This document shows positions 1 to 9,716 of a stretch of DNA of 64,000 bases, piece after piece. The DNA is from an uncultured Bacteroidales bacterium (GTDB lineage Bacteria; Bacillota_I; Bacilli_A; ML615J-28; CAG-698). The notes beneath the pieces were generated by a model. It had not been told where the DNA came from and did no database searches. It was given only the letters and a program-made list of their open reading frames with translations. The DNA is taken from the NCBI GenBank assembly GCA_964516425.1, contig CAZFAM010000003.1, positions 11,215-75,214 of the forward strand. The letters run 5' to 3'. Every line of letters begins with the position of its first letter. Position 1 is the first letter of the stretch. The position numbers were made by a program, and so were the translations under genes.

Positions 1-694
1 TCATCGATACACATGCACATGCTAAAGTAATTGTTTTGATGGCAGAATATACAGGACTATTGTATTTGCGATATTTAATGTAATTAACTATAGCCATAGT
101 AAATGTAGTGAATGTATAAGCAGCCATAGAAATTGTAATAATTTCATGATGTTTTGAAACTTTATTAAATCTAATCATAAATACTAACATTATAAAAACA
201 AATAAATTCATAATAAGTAACATCCAACCAAAAAAGGAATATTTTTTATATTCTAATAATTGATTTTCACCAGGCTTATACTTTATTGTATGGTTGCCTA
301 AATAAAAACGCATCATAGCTAGTATATAATAATAACCAGCCATAGTAAAAAACCAAAATGATTTATTATAAAAGCCTAAAAACAATTGAAAACTAGCATA
401 AATTATATTCCACACTAATGAACAATATAAAAATATATTAATTCTCAACTGGGTATCTGACCTTAATTTTACAATTATTTTATTTTCATTCTTGATTTTT
501 TTAATAATCTTCACTATATCCGGTATTCTCAAGCATAGTATTAACAAAGAGTAAAATGCTAATGCATATGAACAATAAGTGATAAGAGAATCGCCAATTG
601 CAAACATTGTATAAAGCATTATAGCAATTGCAATAGGGAATAAGATAACCACAATAGCAATATGTGGATATAAAATCTTTTTTAAAACTTTCAT
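1..694 (-). CDS. multi-pass integral membrane protein of unknown family; the 3' end runs off the left window edge (not in the supplied ORF track)
   Basis: Manual minus-strand translation from ATG 694..692 gives MKVLKKILYPHIAIVVILFPIAIAIMLYTMFAIGDSLITY... The frame stays open for all 231 codons down to position 2. It contains several hydrophobic helices. It starts 14 nt after the TetR stop, so it is probably co-transcribed with it. Confidence 0.7.
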   Translation of the reverse strand, partial: MKVLKKILYPHIAIVVILFPIAIAIMLYTMFAIGDSLITYCSYALAFYSLLILCLRIPDIVKIIKKIKNENKIIVKLRSDTQLRINIFLYCSLVWNIIYASFQLFLGFYNKSFWFFTMAGYYYILAMMRFYLGNHTIKYKPGENQLLEYKKYSFFGWMLLIMNLFVFIMLVFMIRFNKVSKHHEIITISMAAYTFTTFTMAIVNYIKYRKYNSPVYSAIKTITLACACVSM

Positions 695-707
695 AAATCA
701 ACCTTCT

Positions 708-1280
708 TTATTTTACATTAACACATTTTTTAATTAAATAAGCAATAAAACTAACTTCATCTACACAATCATTTATTACCCAATCAATTATTAAAGCACC
801 AATGCCTTTGATATAGTATTCCATTATATATTTATGTTCCTTTACATCAACATTAAATTTAGAAAGAATAGGTGAAAAATAATTTTCAAATAACTTTTTA
901 TATGATTTATCAACATAAAATAATTCAGGATTAACATGAATAGCCTTGTATATTTTTTTATTTTCCTTTATAAAATTCAAATATGGTATTAAATAGTCGT
1001 CCGTAATAAAAAACAATTCATTAGTATCATTAATATCCATTACATTTAATTCTTTCAAATTAAAAGCATTTTTAAATAGACTATTTGTTTCTTTAATTAC
1101 TTCTTCTAATAAATCATAAGTCCCCATATAATGAAGATAAAATGTTGATCTACTAACTTTAGCTTTACTACAAATATCTTTAACTGTAATATAATCAAAG
1201 TCTTTTTCTTGCAATAAAGAAATTAAAGCATCATCCATTTTTTTTGCAGTATTAAAATATTTGCTTTCAAACTTGTTCAT
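708..1280 (-). CDS. TetR/AcrR family transcriptional regulator
   Basis: The N-terminal HTH region FDYITVKDICSKAKVSRSTFYLHY is typical of TetR_N. The length is 190 aa. ATG start with an AGGAA RBS. Confidence 0.85.
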   Translation of the reverse strand: MNKFESKYFNTAKKMDDALISLLQEKDFDYITVKDICSKAKVSRSTFYLHYMGTYDLLEEVIKETNSLFKNAFNLKELNVMDINDTNELFFITDDYLIPYLNFIKENKKIYKAIHVNPELFYVDKSYKKLFENYFSPILSKFNVDVKEHKYIMEYYIKGIGALIIDWVINDCVDEVSFIAYLIKKCVNVK

Positions 1281-1290
1281 CGATTAATTC

Positions 1291-1650
1291 CTATTCTTCA
1301 TTTGTTATTTCTTTTGCTAATTCAGTAATTTCAAATGCATATTTGTTTTTTCTTGATTGCATTAATTTCTTATATATTGGATAATTAACTAAGCACATAA
1401 CAATTCCTATAACTCCAATAATGCATCCAACAATCATTGATGTAATATCGTCATTACCTATGACTCCCATTGAAAAACACATTCCAGTTCCTAAAACTAA
1501 TGATCCAATTGCACCGAAAATATAACTAAAAATATAAACTGGTTGTTTTACTTTTTGATCCAATTTCTTCAAAGCAACAACTTTAGATGCCTTTTTAGGC
1601 GCATATTCCTCCGCTATTTTTTCTGCATATACTTTATTTAAATCTTTCAT
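1291..1650 (-). CDS. small membrane protein (two predicted TM helices), unknown function
   Basis: ATG start with a GGAGG RBS 5 nt upstream. Hydrophobic core YIFSYIFGAIGSLVLGTGMCF...IVGCIIGVIGIVMCLV. It sits directly upstream of the TetR gene. Confidence 0.6.
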   Translation of the reverse strand: MKDLNKVYAEKIAEEYAPKKASKVVALKKLDQKVKQPVYIFSYIFGAIGSLVLGTGMCFSMGVIGNDDITSMIVGCIIGVIGIVMCLVNYPIYKKLMQSRKNKYAFEITELAKEITNEE

Positions 1651-1740
1651 AATATCCTCCTATAAAATATACTTACATTATATAATACTAATTAAGTAAA
1701 ATGAAGAACAAAAAAACAAATAAATGTCCATTTGTATAAT

Positions 1741-3825
1741 TTACTCAGGTAAATTCAATTTAGACATATCATGCCAATCAACAGTTACATAATCAAAACC
1801 TCTATCAATATAACTTTGAAGAGTCTCATAAGATGCATATTCTTCAAAAGTATATGCCGCAATTTTTAAACCAGCAGATTTATACTTTTCTAACCATTCA
1901 TCACTATTTTTAATTCCATCTCTAACATTCATACTTATGTCTAAATCATATTTAATACATAAATCTAAATATTCTTGATTTTCACAACAACTAACCAAAT
2001 ATTGACATTCTATAAAATCATAACCATTTTTTCTTGTCCAAATCAAACATTCGTATTGATTAGATAAAAGAATTACATCATTAATCATTCCAGCATCTTC
2101 AATTTGTTTAATCAATAATGGCATCTTAGAATTACTTGCATTATATGTTTCAGTCCAGTTACTAATTCCTGTAGACGTTTTTAATTCAATTACTGCTTTC
2201 ACATTATATTCTTTACATATTTTTAAATATGTTTCTAATGTACACAACTTAGCAGTATAAGTCCCATCTCCTTTTACACTACCATTAGATCCAGGAATTC
2301 CTGATTTTCTTGTTTCTGTAATAGTAACATCTTTTAATTCATCCCATGTATAATCTTCTAAATTATATGAACCAAATTTCGGATCATGCGACAAAACAAA
2401 AACACCATCTTTTGTTTGTTTTAAATCTACTTCAATTGCTTGATACTTCAATACACTAACCGCATATAATATTGCTTCTTCAGAATTAAAAGCACCATAA
2501 TAACAACCACCATGGCCAATAAATGTAACATTATAATTCCAAACAACATTAATAGTTCTAGTCAATGTGCATTGATTATTATCACTATCATTTACAGAAT
2601 ATGCAATGGTATAAGTACCATATTCCTTAGTATTAACATTACTATCAATTTGAATGTTATCAGTTATATTACCATCTTCCCCATCAAAAGCCATTACACC
2701 TTTTAATGGATCAAAATCTTTGCCCCAATTAACTATATCATCTTCTAAAGAATCATATAGAAAAATTTTTGGTACTGATTCACCAGTTATATTAACAGTT
2801 ACTTCCGTAGTCAAATTACTTCCATCAATTGTATTTAATTTAATAGTACAAATACCTTTTTTATATGCTAATATATTTCCATTATCATCAATATTTAAAT
2901 ATGAACTATCATAAACATAATCAAGACGAGGATAAGCTACATTAGGATATACTTTATAATTTAGTTTGCTTTGCTCTCCGATTTCAATATTTAATGTTTG
3001 TTCAGTAGCAATAAATGTAGCTAAAGTGCCTTTGACTATCACCACAACTTCAGCAAATACATTAGGATTTTCTTTTGATCTTATATATAAAATTGTTTCA
3101 CCAGGACAAAGTGCTGTAATGTTACCATCTTTCACATTTATAATTTTAGAATTCTCAACTTCCAATGTTACATCAGTATTAGCTCCCATAGGAGCAATAC
3201 TCCATTCTAATTGGTAATTATCATTATAATTAATTTCAATTTTTTCATTAGTATTAATACTTGTAACGTCAGGTCTTTTAACTTCAATTTCAATTTTCTT
3301 CTTTATCTTTGAATCAGCTTTTGAAACCATTAATAAAACAGTTGACCCTATATTTAAACACTTTACCATACCTGAATCACTAATTTCGAGAATACTAGTA
3401 TTATAACTCTTAAATTCTACTTCTTGAGATGCATTATGTGGTAATACTTGCCATTCTAATTGATGTTCTGAATATAAATCATAAACATACGATGTTTCAG
3501 TCAATATTTCAGTTGGTTCAACATCTTCAACATATACATTTATCATTACATAATAATCTTCTTCACATTTTATACTTATTTTCACTGTGCATTCACCAAC
3601 AGCAAGTCCTTTAATTGTATTACTTTCAATAGAAATAATATCATTAGATATCTCATAATCAAACTGTGGATTATCAAAGTTTTCTAAATGATATTTTAAT
3701 ACTACTTCTTCACCAACAACTAAATAATAATCAGAGTATTCCACTGTAAAAGACTTGTTTTCTTTACAACCTGTAATCAATAAACAAATAAATAAAAAAC
3801 AAACATATATTATTTTTCTCTTCAT
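1741..3825 (-). CDS. lipoprotein with repeated bacterial Ig-like (Big_2-type) domains and a C-terminal glycerophosphodiester phosphodiesterase (GDPD) domain
   Basis: Start placed at MKRKIIYVCFLFICLLITGC (lipobox LITGC, AAAGGA RBS) rather than the longer track ORF. Four or five repeats of about 85 aa follow. The C-terminal stretch FIGHGG...AIEVDLKQTKDGVFVLSHDP is GDPD-like. Confidence 0.8.
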   Translation of the reverse strand: MKRKIIYVCFLFICLLITGCKENKSFTVEYSDYYLVVGEEVVLKYHLENFDNPQFDYEISNDIISIESNTIKGLAVGECTVKISIKCEEDYYVMINVYVEDVEPTEILTETSYVYDLYSEHQLEWQVLPHNASQEVEFKSYNTSILEISDSGMVKCLNIGSTVLLMVSKADSKIKKKIEIEVKRPDVTSINTNEKIEINYNDNYQLEWSIAPMGANTDVTLEVENSKIINVKDGNITALCPGETILYIRSKENPNVFAEVVVIVKGTLATFIATEQTLNIEIGEQSKLNYKVYPNVAYPRLDYVYDSSYLNIDDNGNILAYKKGICTIKLNTIDGSNLTTEVTVNITGESVPKIFLYDSLEDDIVNWGKDFDPLKGVMAFDGEDGNITDNIQIDSNVNTKEYGTYTIAYSVNDSDNNQCTLTRTINVVWNYNVTFIGHGGCYYGAFNSEEAILYAVSVLKYQAIEVDLKQTKDGVFVLSHDPKFGSYNLEDYTWDELKDVTITETRKSGIPGSNGSVKGDGTYTAKLCTLETYLKICKEYNVKAVIELKTSTGISNWTETYNASNSKMPLLIKQIEDAGMINDVILLSNQYECLIWTRKNGYDFIECQYLVSCCENQEYLDLCIKYDLDISMNVRDGIKNSDEWLEKYKSAGLKIAAYTFEEYASYETLQSYIDRGFDYVTVDWHDMSKLNLPE

Positions 3826-3980
3826 CGTATTATCCTTTCGTATTACTAACATCATAATAATTATATCAAACTACACTAAAAAAAGCAATATTGATTACTT
3901 TTCAAAGACATTATTGTATTTTTGTAATAATTACTTGAAAAATATTGCTATTTAGAATCAACACTACTACTAATTTCTTA

Positions 3981-4016
3981 TTTTAAAAAGGCATGAACCA
4001 CTAAAGTTCAATGCCT
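3981..4016 (-). terminator. intrinsic terminator after rlmD
   Basis: Minus-strand hairpin AGGCAUUGAAC-loop-GUUCAUGCCU followed by UUUUU. Confidence 0.7.
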
Positions 4017-4086
4017 AATATTTTAATTATATTTATTCAACAAATCAACTTAATCCACTTTTATAAAAATTAGTTGCCTATCAATT

Positions 4087-5457
4087 TTAGTTATTGTTTT
4101 TATGAGAAAGTAAAACGATCGTCTCAACATTTGCTGTTTGAGGAAACATATCTAGTGGTTGAACTTTTTTCACAGTATAAGAACTTTGTAAGTGGTTAAT
4201 ATTTTTAGCAAGTGTTGCTGGATTACATGAAACATAAACTATTTTTTTAATATTCATTTTCTTAAAGTAATTTAAAATATTAAGTTCAATTCCTCTACGT
4301 GGAGGATCAACAACTACAACATCAGGAATAAATCCTTCTTCTTGAAATTGATGTAAATGAGGTAAAATATTACCACTATAGAATTTAGCATTTTTAATAT
4401 TATTTAATTTTGCAAATGAATTTGCATCATTTATACCATCAACATTAGTATCAATCCCTCTTACTTCTTTACAGTTTGATGCAAGATACATACCGATGCT
4501 GCCAATTCCGCAATAACAATCTAATACTTTTTCATCTCCTTTTAAATCACAAGCCTTTTTTATTTCGTTATATAAAACTTCTGTTTGGGGAGTATTTAAT
4601 TGATAAAAAGCTTTAGGAGAAATTTTGAATTGCAAATTATTCAAAGTCCCATTAATTATTTCATCACCTGCAACATTAATGACCGTATCACCAAATATTT
4701 CAATAGATTTTAAATCAGCATTTATAGAATAATTAATTGATTTAACATTAATTTTTTTAAATAAAATAGGTAATAATTTAATTATTTTTTTATCTTCTTT
4801 TGTTAAAACAAATGTTACTTGAATTTCATTTTCTTTAAAAGCCCTTATAACAATAAATCTTAGACTTCCTGTATGAGTTCTGGGATTATAAACATCAATA
4901 TTTTCTTTAGATAAAAAATCCAAAATTTTATCACGTGTTTTAGTAATAATTTGTTCTTCAATAACACAATTTTCAATATAAACAAGATGATTTGAATTAC
5001 TTGCATACATACCAACAACAACTTTTTCTCCATCATGTCTACATGGTAAACTTGACTTGTTTCTATAATACCAAGGGTTCTTATTACCAATTGTCTCTTC
5101 AAATTTAATTTTATTTAAATTTCCATCATAATATCTCGAGAAAGCTTCTTCAACAAGTTCTTTTTTTATGCGTAATTGACCAGGATAAGATAAATGTTGA
5201 AGTTGGCAACCTCCGCATTTATCATAATATTGGCATAGTGGTTCAACACGATCTTTAGATTTTGTTTTAAACTTTATTATTTGACCTATTCCGTATTTAT
5301 CCTTTGCTTCAATTATCTTAACTTCTACAACTTCACCTGGTAAAGCATTATCCACAAATATTGTTTGTTTTTTATAAAAACCTATTCCTTCGCCATTAAT
5401 TCCAATTCTTTTAATTGTCAATAATATAATATCATTTACTTTTACTTGATTATTCAT
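4087..5457 (-). CDS. rlmD: 23S rRNA (uracil-5-)-methyltransferase, RumA/RlmD family (TRAM domain, Fe-S cluster, SAM methyltransferase)
   Basis: N-terminal TRAM-like domain. Cysteine cluster CQYYDKCGGCQLQH. SAM motif VLDCYCGIGSIG. C-terminal VYVSCNPATLAKN. Confidence 0.9.
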   Translation of the reverse strand: MNNQVKVNDIILLTIKRIGINGEGIGFYKKQTIFVDNALPGEVVEVKIIEAKDKYGIGQIIKFKTKSKDRVEPLCQYYDKCGGCQLQHLSYPGQLRIKKELVEEAFSRYYDGNLNKIKFEETIGNKNPWYYRNKSSLPCRHDGEKVVVGMYASNSNHLVYIENCVIEEQIITKTRDKILDFLSKENIDVYNPRTHTGSLRFIVIRAFKENEIQVTFVLTKEDKKIIKLLPILFKKINVKSINYSINADLKSIEIFGDTVINVAGDEIINGTLNNLQFKISPKAFYQLNTPQTEVLYNEIKKACDLKGDEKVLDCYCGIGSIGMYLASNCKEVRGIDTNVDGINDANSFAKLNNIKNAKFYSGNILPHLHQFQEEGFIPDVVVVDPPRRGIELNILNYFKKMNIKKIVYVSCNPATLAKNINHLQSSYTVKKVQPLDMFPQTANVETIVLLSHKNNN

Positions 5458-5530
5458 TTCTACCTCTTCTTAATATATAACTATTTTACATAAATTAACA
5501 TAAAAAGTCAATAATAATTACTATTTCAAA

Positions 5531-5552
5531 ACAAAAAGAGGAAAATCCTCTT
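5531..5552 (-). terminator. intrinsic terminator after the tandem phosphodiester-glycosidase genes
   Basis: Hairpin AGAGGA-UUU-UCCUCU plus a U-run, immediately 3' of the stop codon at 5554. Confidence 0.65.
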
Positions 5553-5553
5553 T

Positions 5554-7554
5554 TTATTCTGATATATAACAACTATCAATTTTAAAACTAATAGTTCTAC
5601 AAATCTCATCCATAAAGAAATCTGATTGATAATTAATTTCAACTGGTATGATAGTCTCTGTATGATTTTCTTTACGATCATCCAAATTATAAAGAATTGA
5701 AATTTTTAAATTTTTTAAATCTTTCAACAACTCTAATGATGGTTCAATTGTAAGACTACCATTCGTTGTATTATATGTTTTATTATTAACGGTAATAGAA
5801 ATTCTTTTAATTGTTTCCATATTATCCAAATTAAATTTAAAAACATATAAAGTTTCGTCATTTTTTTGAACTATCGAATAATTCATTTTTAAATTACATG
5901 GATTCTCGTAAGCTGTATTTACATTATATGAATACAATAAATAATTATACTGCTCACCATCTTTATAATATAAATAGGCAACATAATCAGTATGTGGATC
6001 TAGTTGACTAAATGTCACTTTACCATTAACAACTGGCAACATTTCACCATTTAGCAACAAATACAAATCCTTATATTTTTCTAATTCTGTTAATAATGCA
6101 ACATTAATAGTAATACTATCGCTTAAAATATTATCAATCGTAATTTCGGCTTCTGGCACTTTAACAACAACTAATAGACAATTTCCATCACTACGTTCAG
6201 AAGAATCGGAGGGTGAATTTGTTACATACCAACTATTATCATCACGATCATTATATGAATTTTCTAAAATAACATTAGCTTGCTTTCTTATAATTAAAGT
6301 AGTTGATCCACCACCATCTAAATTCCATGCATCTACACAACCATAATATCCCATTAGTGCTTGCATTTCATAAGCAGTTGCTCCATACATATTTTTATTA
6401 GGTTGACGACCATCTACAACGGCCATGATAATCGTACCATCTTCTTTTTGGCCAATCATTGTTCTTGGATGACGATAATTAATTAAGTCATCACCTTTTG
6501 TCATTAAATATTCAGTTGATTCTGGATTACCATTATTTATTAATGAACATGGAAAACCAATGAAGTTATAAATACCATTTAATGATTCATCAACATATTC
6601 ATATTGAACACGAACATTAGTATTAATATTTAAATAACTATTAATTTCATCATTTAAGCACTTTAATGCAAATTGACTATTTTTCAAAGTTATTTCAGAT
6701 GTAATATTTTCACTAATTTTTCCTTTTCCATAATATGATCCACTCACTGTTGTTACAGAACAACTAGGATTATTAATCAAAAGAACATTTTTGCATGTGA
6801 CAAAATTAGTCGAAGAACTAAAATTCTCAACCTTTGTATTATAATACAAACTAATTTCATTGTCATTAGGCTCTTCATTCACTTTATTAATATTATATTT
6901 TGCAACTATCTCACCTTCATCATTATAAATTGTTAAAACTGGAATGGATTTTGAGACAGTAGTAGAAAACAATTGTTTTCCTGAGTCAGTGTTTCTAATT
7001 GCTAAAGTATTTACACCTGCATGATTACTAACTGCTTTATAAAACTCACCTTGCGATACAGTTACACCTGTTGAAGCCTTTACACTTTCCTTTATTTTGA
7101 AAAAATCGCCATTAATAGCAGCTATAACTCTCCAACCAGGATTATTATCTTCATAGTCTTTTGCCGCATTTCTTACACTTGATGTACTCCAATTAGTCCC
7201 TGATAAAACAGCATAAGGCACTAATTTAGCGTCTTTTAAAGATGAAATTTCAAGTTTATTTATTTGTTGTGCATAAAATTTATTTATTTCAGCTGTTCCA
7301 CCACCGCCAGCACCAGCAGCATTTCCTTTTATTTTTGATTTATTAAATGTAGCAAGATAAGCTGTGTCACGATTATATGTTACACCATACCCCAAATCAA
7401 ATTCTTCTGTAGTTTCTTCAACATAATATCCTGCTTCATTAAGTTCAAAATAATCCTTTTCATTTGCTTTAACAAAAACATTAGATACTATAAAAAGAAT
7501 AACTAACAAAGAAAACAAATTAAATATATTAATCTTTTTAAATATTTTTTTCAC
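5554..7554 (-). CDS. secreted phosphodiester glycosidase family protein (NAGPA/DUF2233-like), paralog 1
   Basis: Signal peptide present. Motifs INGDFF, PRTMIGQKEDGTIIMAVVDGRQ and NLDGGGSTT. The C-terminal ~190 aa look like a beta-sandwich. GTG start with an AGAGG RBS. Confidence 0.75.
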   Translation of the reverse strand: MKKIFKKINIFNLFSLLVILFIVSNVFVKANEKDYFELNEAGYYVEETTEEFDLGYGVTYNRDTAYLATFNKSKIKGNAAGAGGGGTAEINKFYAQQINKLEISSLKDAKLVPYAVLSGTNWSTSSVRNAAKDYEDNNPGWRVIAAINGDFFKIKESVKASTGVTVSQGEFYKAVSNHAGVNTLAIRNTDSGKQLFSTTVSKSIPVLTIYNDEGEIVAKYNINKVNEEPNDNEISLYYNTKVENFSSSTNFVTCKNVLLINNPSCSVTTVSGSYYGKGKISENITSEITLKNSQFALKCLNDEINSYLNINTNVRVQYEYVDESLNGIYNFIGFPCSLINNGNPESTEYLMTKGDDLINYRHPRTMIGQKEDGTIIMAVVDGRQPNKNMYGATAYEMQALMGYYGCVDAWNLDGGGSTTLIIRKQANVILENSYNDRDDNSWYVTNSPSDSSERSDGNCLLVVVKVPEAEITIDNILSDSITINVALLTELEKYKDLYLLLNGEMLPVVNGKVTFSQLDPHTDYVAYLYYKDGEQYNYLLYSYNVNTAYENPCNLKMNYSIVQKNDETLYVFKFNLDNMETIKRISITVNNKTYNTTNGSLTIEPSLELLKDLKNLKISILYNLDDRKENHTETIIPVEINYQSDFFMDEICRTISFKIDSCYISE

Positions 7555-7563
7555 TTTATGCCT

Positions 7564-9552
7564 CTATTTTATTAATTGATCAATTAAATTATTCGTTTTA
7601 TAATTAATAGCATCAAATATTACAATGCTTGATTTAATAGTAAACTGAATATCAGTATATTCATTTTTTTTCATACCAGAAAAATCATCTAAATCATATT
7701 CAACTACAATTTTATAATCATCAAATACTAATAAATTAAAAACATCTTCTGATAATTCTAATTTATTTTTAATAAATGGCATTTTATTATCACCAATTAA
7801 TAAATATGCTTCTTTAACACATTCATTATTTTGAAAAGATATAGATAATTCATAAGTTACTTCTAAGTCACTATTAATTTTTGTATTATAATTAAAATTC
7901 TTAATTGTATATAATTCATATGCAGTAGTGCCAGAAATATCACTAAATAATGGCCAATATTCGCCATCTACTTTCGCATAAATTGGAAATTCATATAAAG
8001 TTGAAGGATTTAAATCATTAATTTCGATTTTTCCATTAATAAATTCTTCAAATTTATCATTATAGTAAATATATAGATCTTTATATTTTGCAAGTTCTTC
8101 AATATTAGTAATTGATAAGCTTAGTGATGTAGAAGTTTTCGCACCCAATACACTCTCTACATCTGGAACTTTAGCAACAATTAATAGACAGTTAGCATCG
8201 CTTCTTTCGCTTCCATCACTTGGATTATTTGTAACATACCAATCACTACCTGATGTGGTATTATAAACCGATGAAGGAGTAAAAGTACTTTGCTTTCTTA
8301 CAATTAAAGTTGATGATCCACCACCATCTAAATTCCAAGCATTAACTAAACCATAATATTTACATAATGCTGACATTTCAGCAGATCCCATTCCATGGAA
8401 ACCTAATTCATAATGTCTTCCATCAATAACAATCATTAATATAGTACCATCTTCTTTAATTCCAATTATTGTTCTTGGATTTCTAGTAGTTGGTTGTGTT
8501 ACATAGCTTTCACCATCTACAAATTCGCCATCAACTAAAAATTGCTTTTGTGTGCCAACAAAATTTTGAACTCCTTCTGCTTCTTCTGAAGTAAATTCAC
8601 GTTGTACTCTAATAGTTACACCAGCTTGTAAATACTCATTAACTTGTGCGTTATTTGATTTTATCGCAAATTCCGGTTTATTTTTAGTAAATGTAAACTC
8701 ATCAGTCACAAATTCAGTAATTTGACCTTTACCATAAAAATTATCATAACGAACAGTAACAGCTTTTTCTGCATTTTTAACAACCCATGCATTAGATACA
8801 GATTGTGTTGACCAACGATCTAAATGTTCACTAGATTCCCTTTGTAAAAAATATAAAGTCACTTCATTTTCTTTAGGTTCTGTATTGAATCCGTTCATAA
8901 ATGTTTTATAAACTTCTTCACCATTTGAATTATAAAAAGTTAAAGTGTAAGCCATTGTTTTATCTTTTAAAGTAAATATAGAATTAACAGAACCATCATT
9001 TTTAATTGCTAAAGGAGAATTACCAGCATGTGAAGCATAATATTCACCATTAGAAACTGTAACACCATTAGATCCATATGGAGGGGTTGTTCTAAAGAAA
9101 TCCGCATTTATACCTCCAATAACTTTATAACCTGGATGATTTTTTTCATAATCTAAAGCCGCATTGACGATTTTAGACAATTTCCATTCAGATCCAGAAA
9201 GAATAGCATATGGGATAATTTGAACATCTTCATTTGGTTTTAATGAAAGAATATTGACTTGTTGTGAATAGTATTTATCAACTACAATATTTTCACCTTT
9301 TCCAGCACCAGATGAAAATCCAGCTACTACTCCGCTCTTGTTAATTTTAGAATAGCCAATATCCCTTATATATTGAACTCCAAATCCTAAATCATAATTA
9401 TCTTTAGTTGTACCAACATAATAAGATACATTATCTGCAGTTGTTACATTACTTTCATTAGCCGCAAATACATCTAAAGAACAAGTTATTAATGTCACAA
9501 AGATAAAAAGTATAATTAAAAATGTTTTTTTAAAACTAGTAAATGATTTCAT
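7564..9552 (-). CDS. secreted phosphodiester glycosidase family protein (NAGPA/DUF2233-like), paralog 2
   Basis: Signal peptide present. Motifs INADFF, PRTIIGIKEDGTILMIVIDGRH and NLDGGGSST. Collinear with paralog 1 along the whole length. Confidence 0.75.
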   Translation of the reverse strand: MKSFTSFKKTFLIILFIFVTLITCSLDVFAANESNVTTADNVSYYVGTTKDNYDLGFGVQYIRDIGYSKINKSGVVAGFSSGAGKGENIVVDKYYSQQVNILSLKPNEDVQIIPYAILSGSEWKLSKIVNAALDYEKNHPGYKVIGGINADFFRTTPPYGSNGVTVSNGEYYASHAGNSPLAIKNDGSVNSIFTLKDKTMAYTLTFYNSNGEEVYKTFMNGFNTEPKENEVTLYFLQRESSEHLDRWSTQSVSNAWVVKNAEKAVTVRYDNFYGKGQITEFVTDEFTFTKNKPEFAIKSNNAQVNEYLQAGVTIRVQREFTSEEAEGVQNFVGTQKQFLVDGEFVDGESYVTQPTTRNPRTIIGIKEDGTILMIVIDGRHYELGFHGMGSAEMSALCKYYGLVNAWNLDGGGSSTLIVRKQSTFTPSSVYNTTSGSDWYVTNNPSDGSERSDANCLLIVAKVPDVESVLGAKTSTSLSLSITNIEELAKYKDLYIYYNDKFEEFINGKIEINDLNPSTLYEFPIYAKVDGEYWPLFSDISGTTAYELYTIKNFNYNTKINSDLEVTYELSISFQNNECVKEAYLLIGDNKMPFIKNKLELSEDVFNLLVFDDYKIVVEYDLDDFSGMKKNEYTDIQFTIKSSIVIFDAINYKTNNLIDQLIK

Positions 9553-9644
9553 AAAATCCTCCTAATATAAGTACATTATACCATTTAAAGCAAAAAAAGT
9601 AAACGTTTTATTATACAAAAATATTCTTCATCTTTATTTTTTGC

Positions 9645-9689
9645 AAATTAAAAAGAACAGTTTTGAATTCATCCAAGTACTGTTCTTTT
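9645..9689 (-). terminator. intrinsic terminator after ackA
   Basis: Perfect 11-bp stem AAAAGAACAGU/ACUGUUCUUUU with a U-rich 3' flank on the minus strand. Confidence 0.7.
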
Positions 9690-9716
9690 ACATAATAAAT
9701 TAATAAATTAAATTAT

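Noticed and set aside
501-701. Track ORF of 66 aa on the minus strand.
   Set aside because: Its composition is Cys/Tyr-rich and implausible. A different minus-strand frame (ATG at 694) stays open for all 231 codons to the window edge and encodes a convincing polytopic membrane protein, so the 66-aa ORF is a frame artefact.
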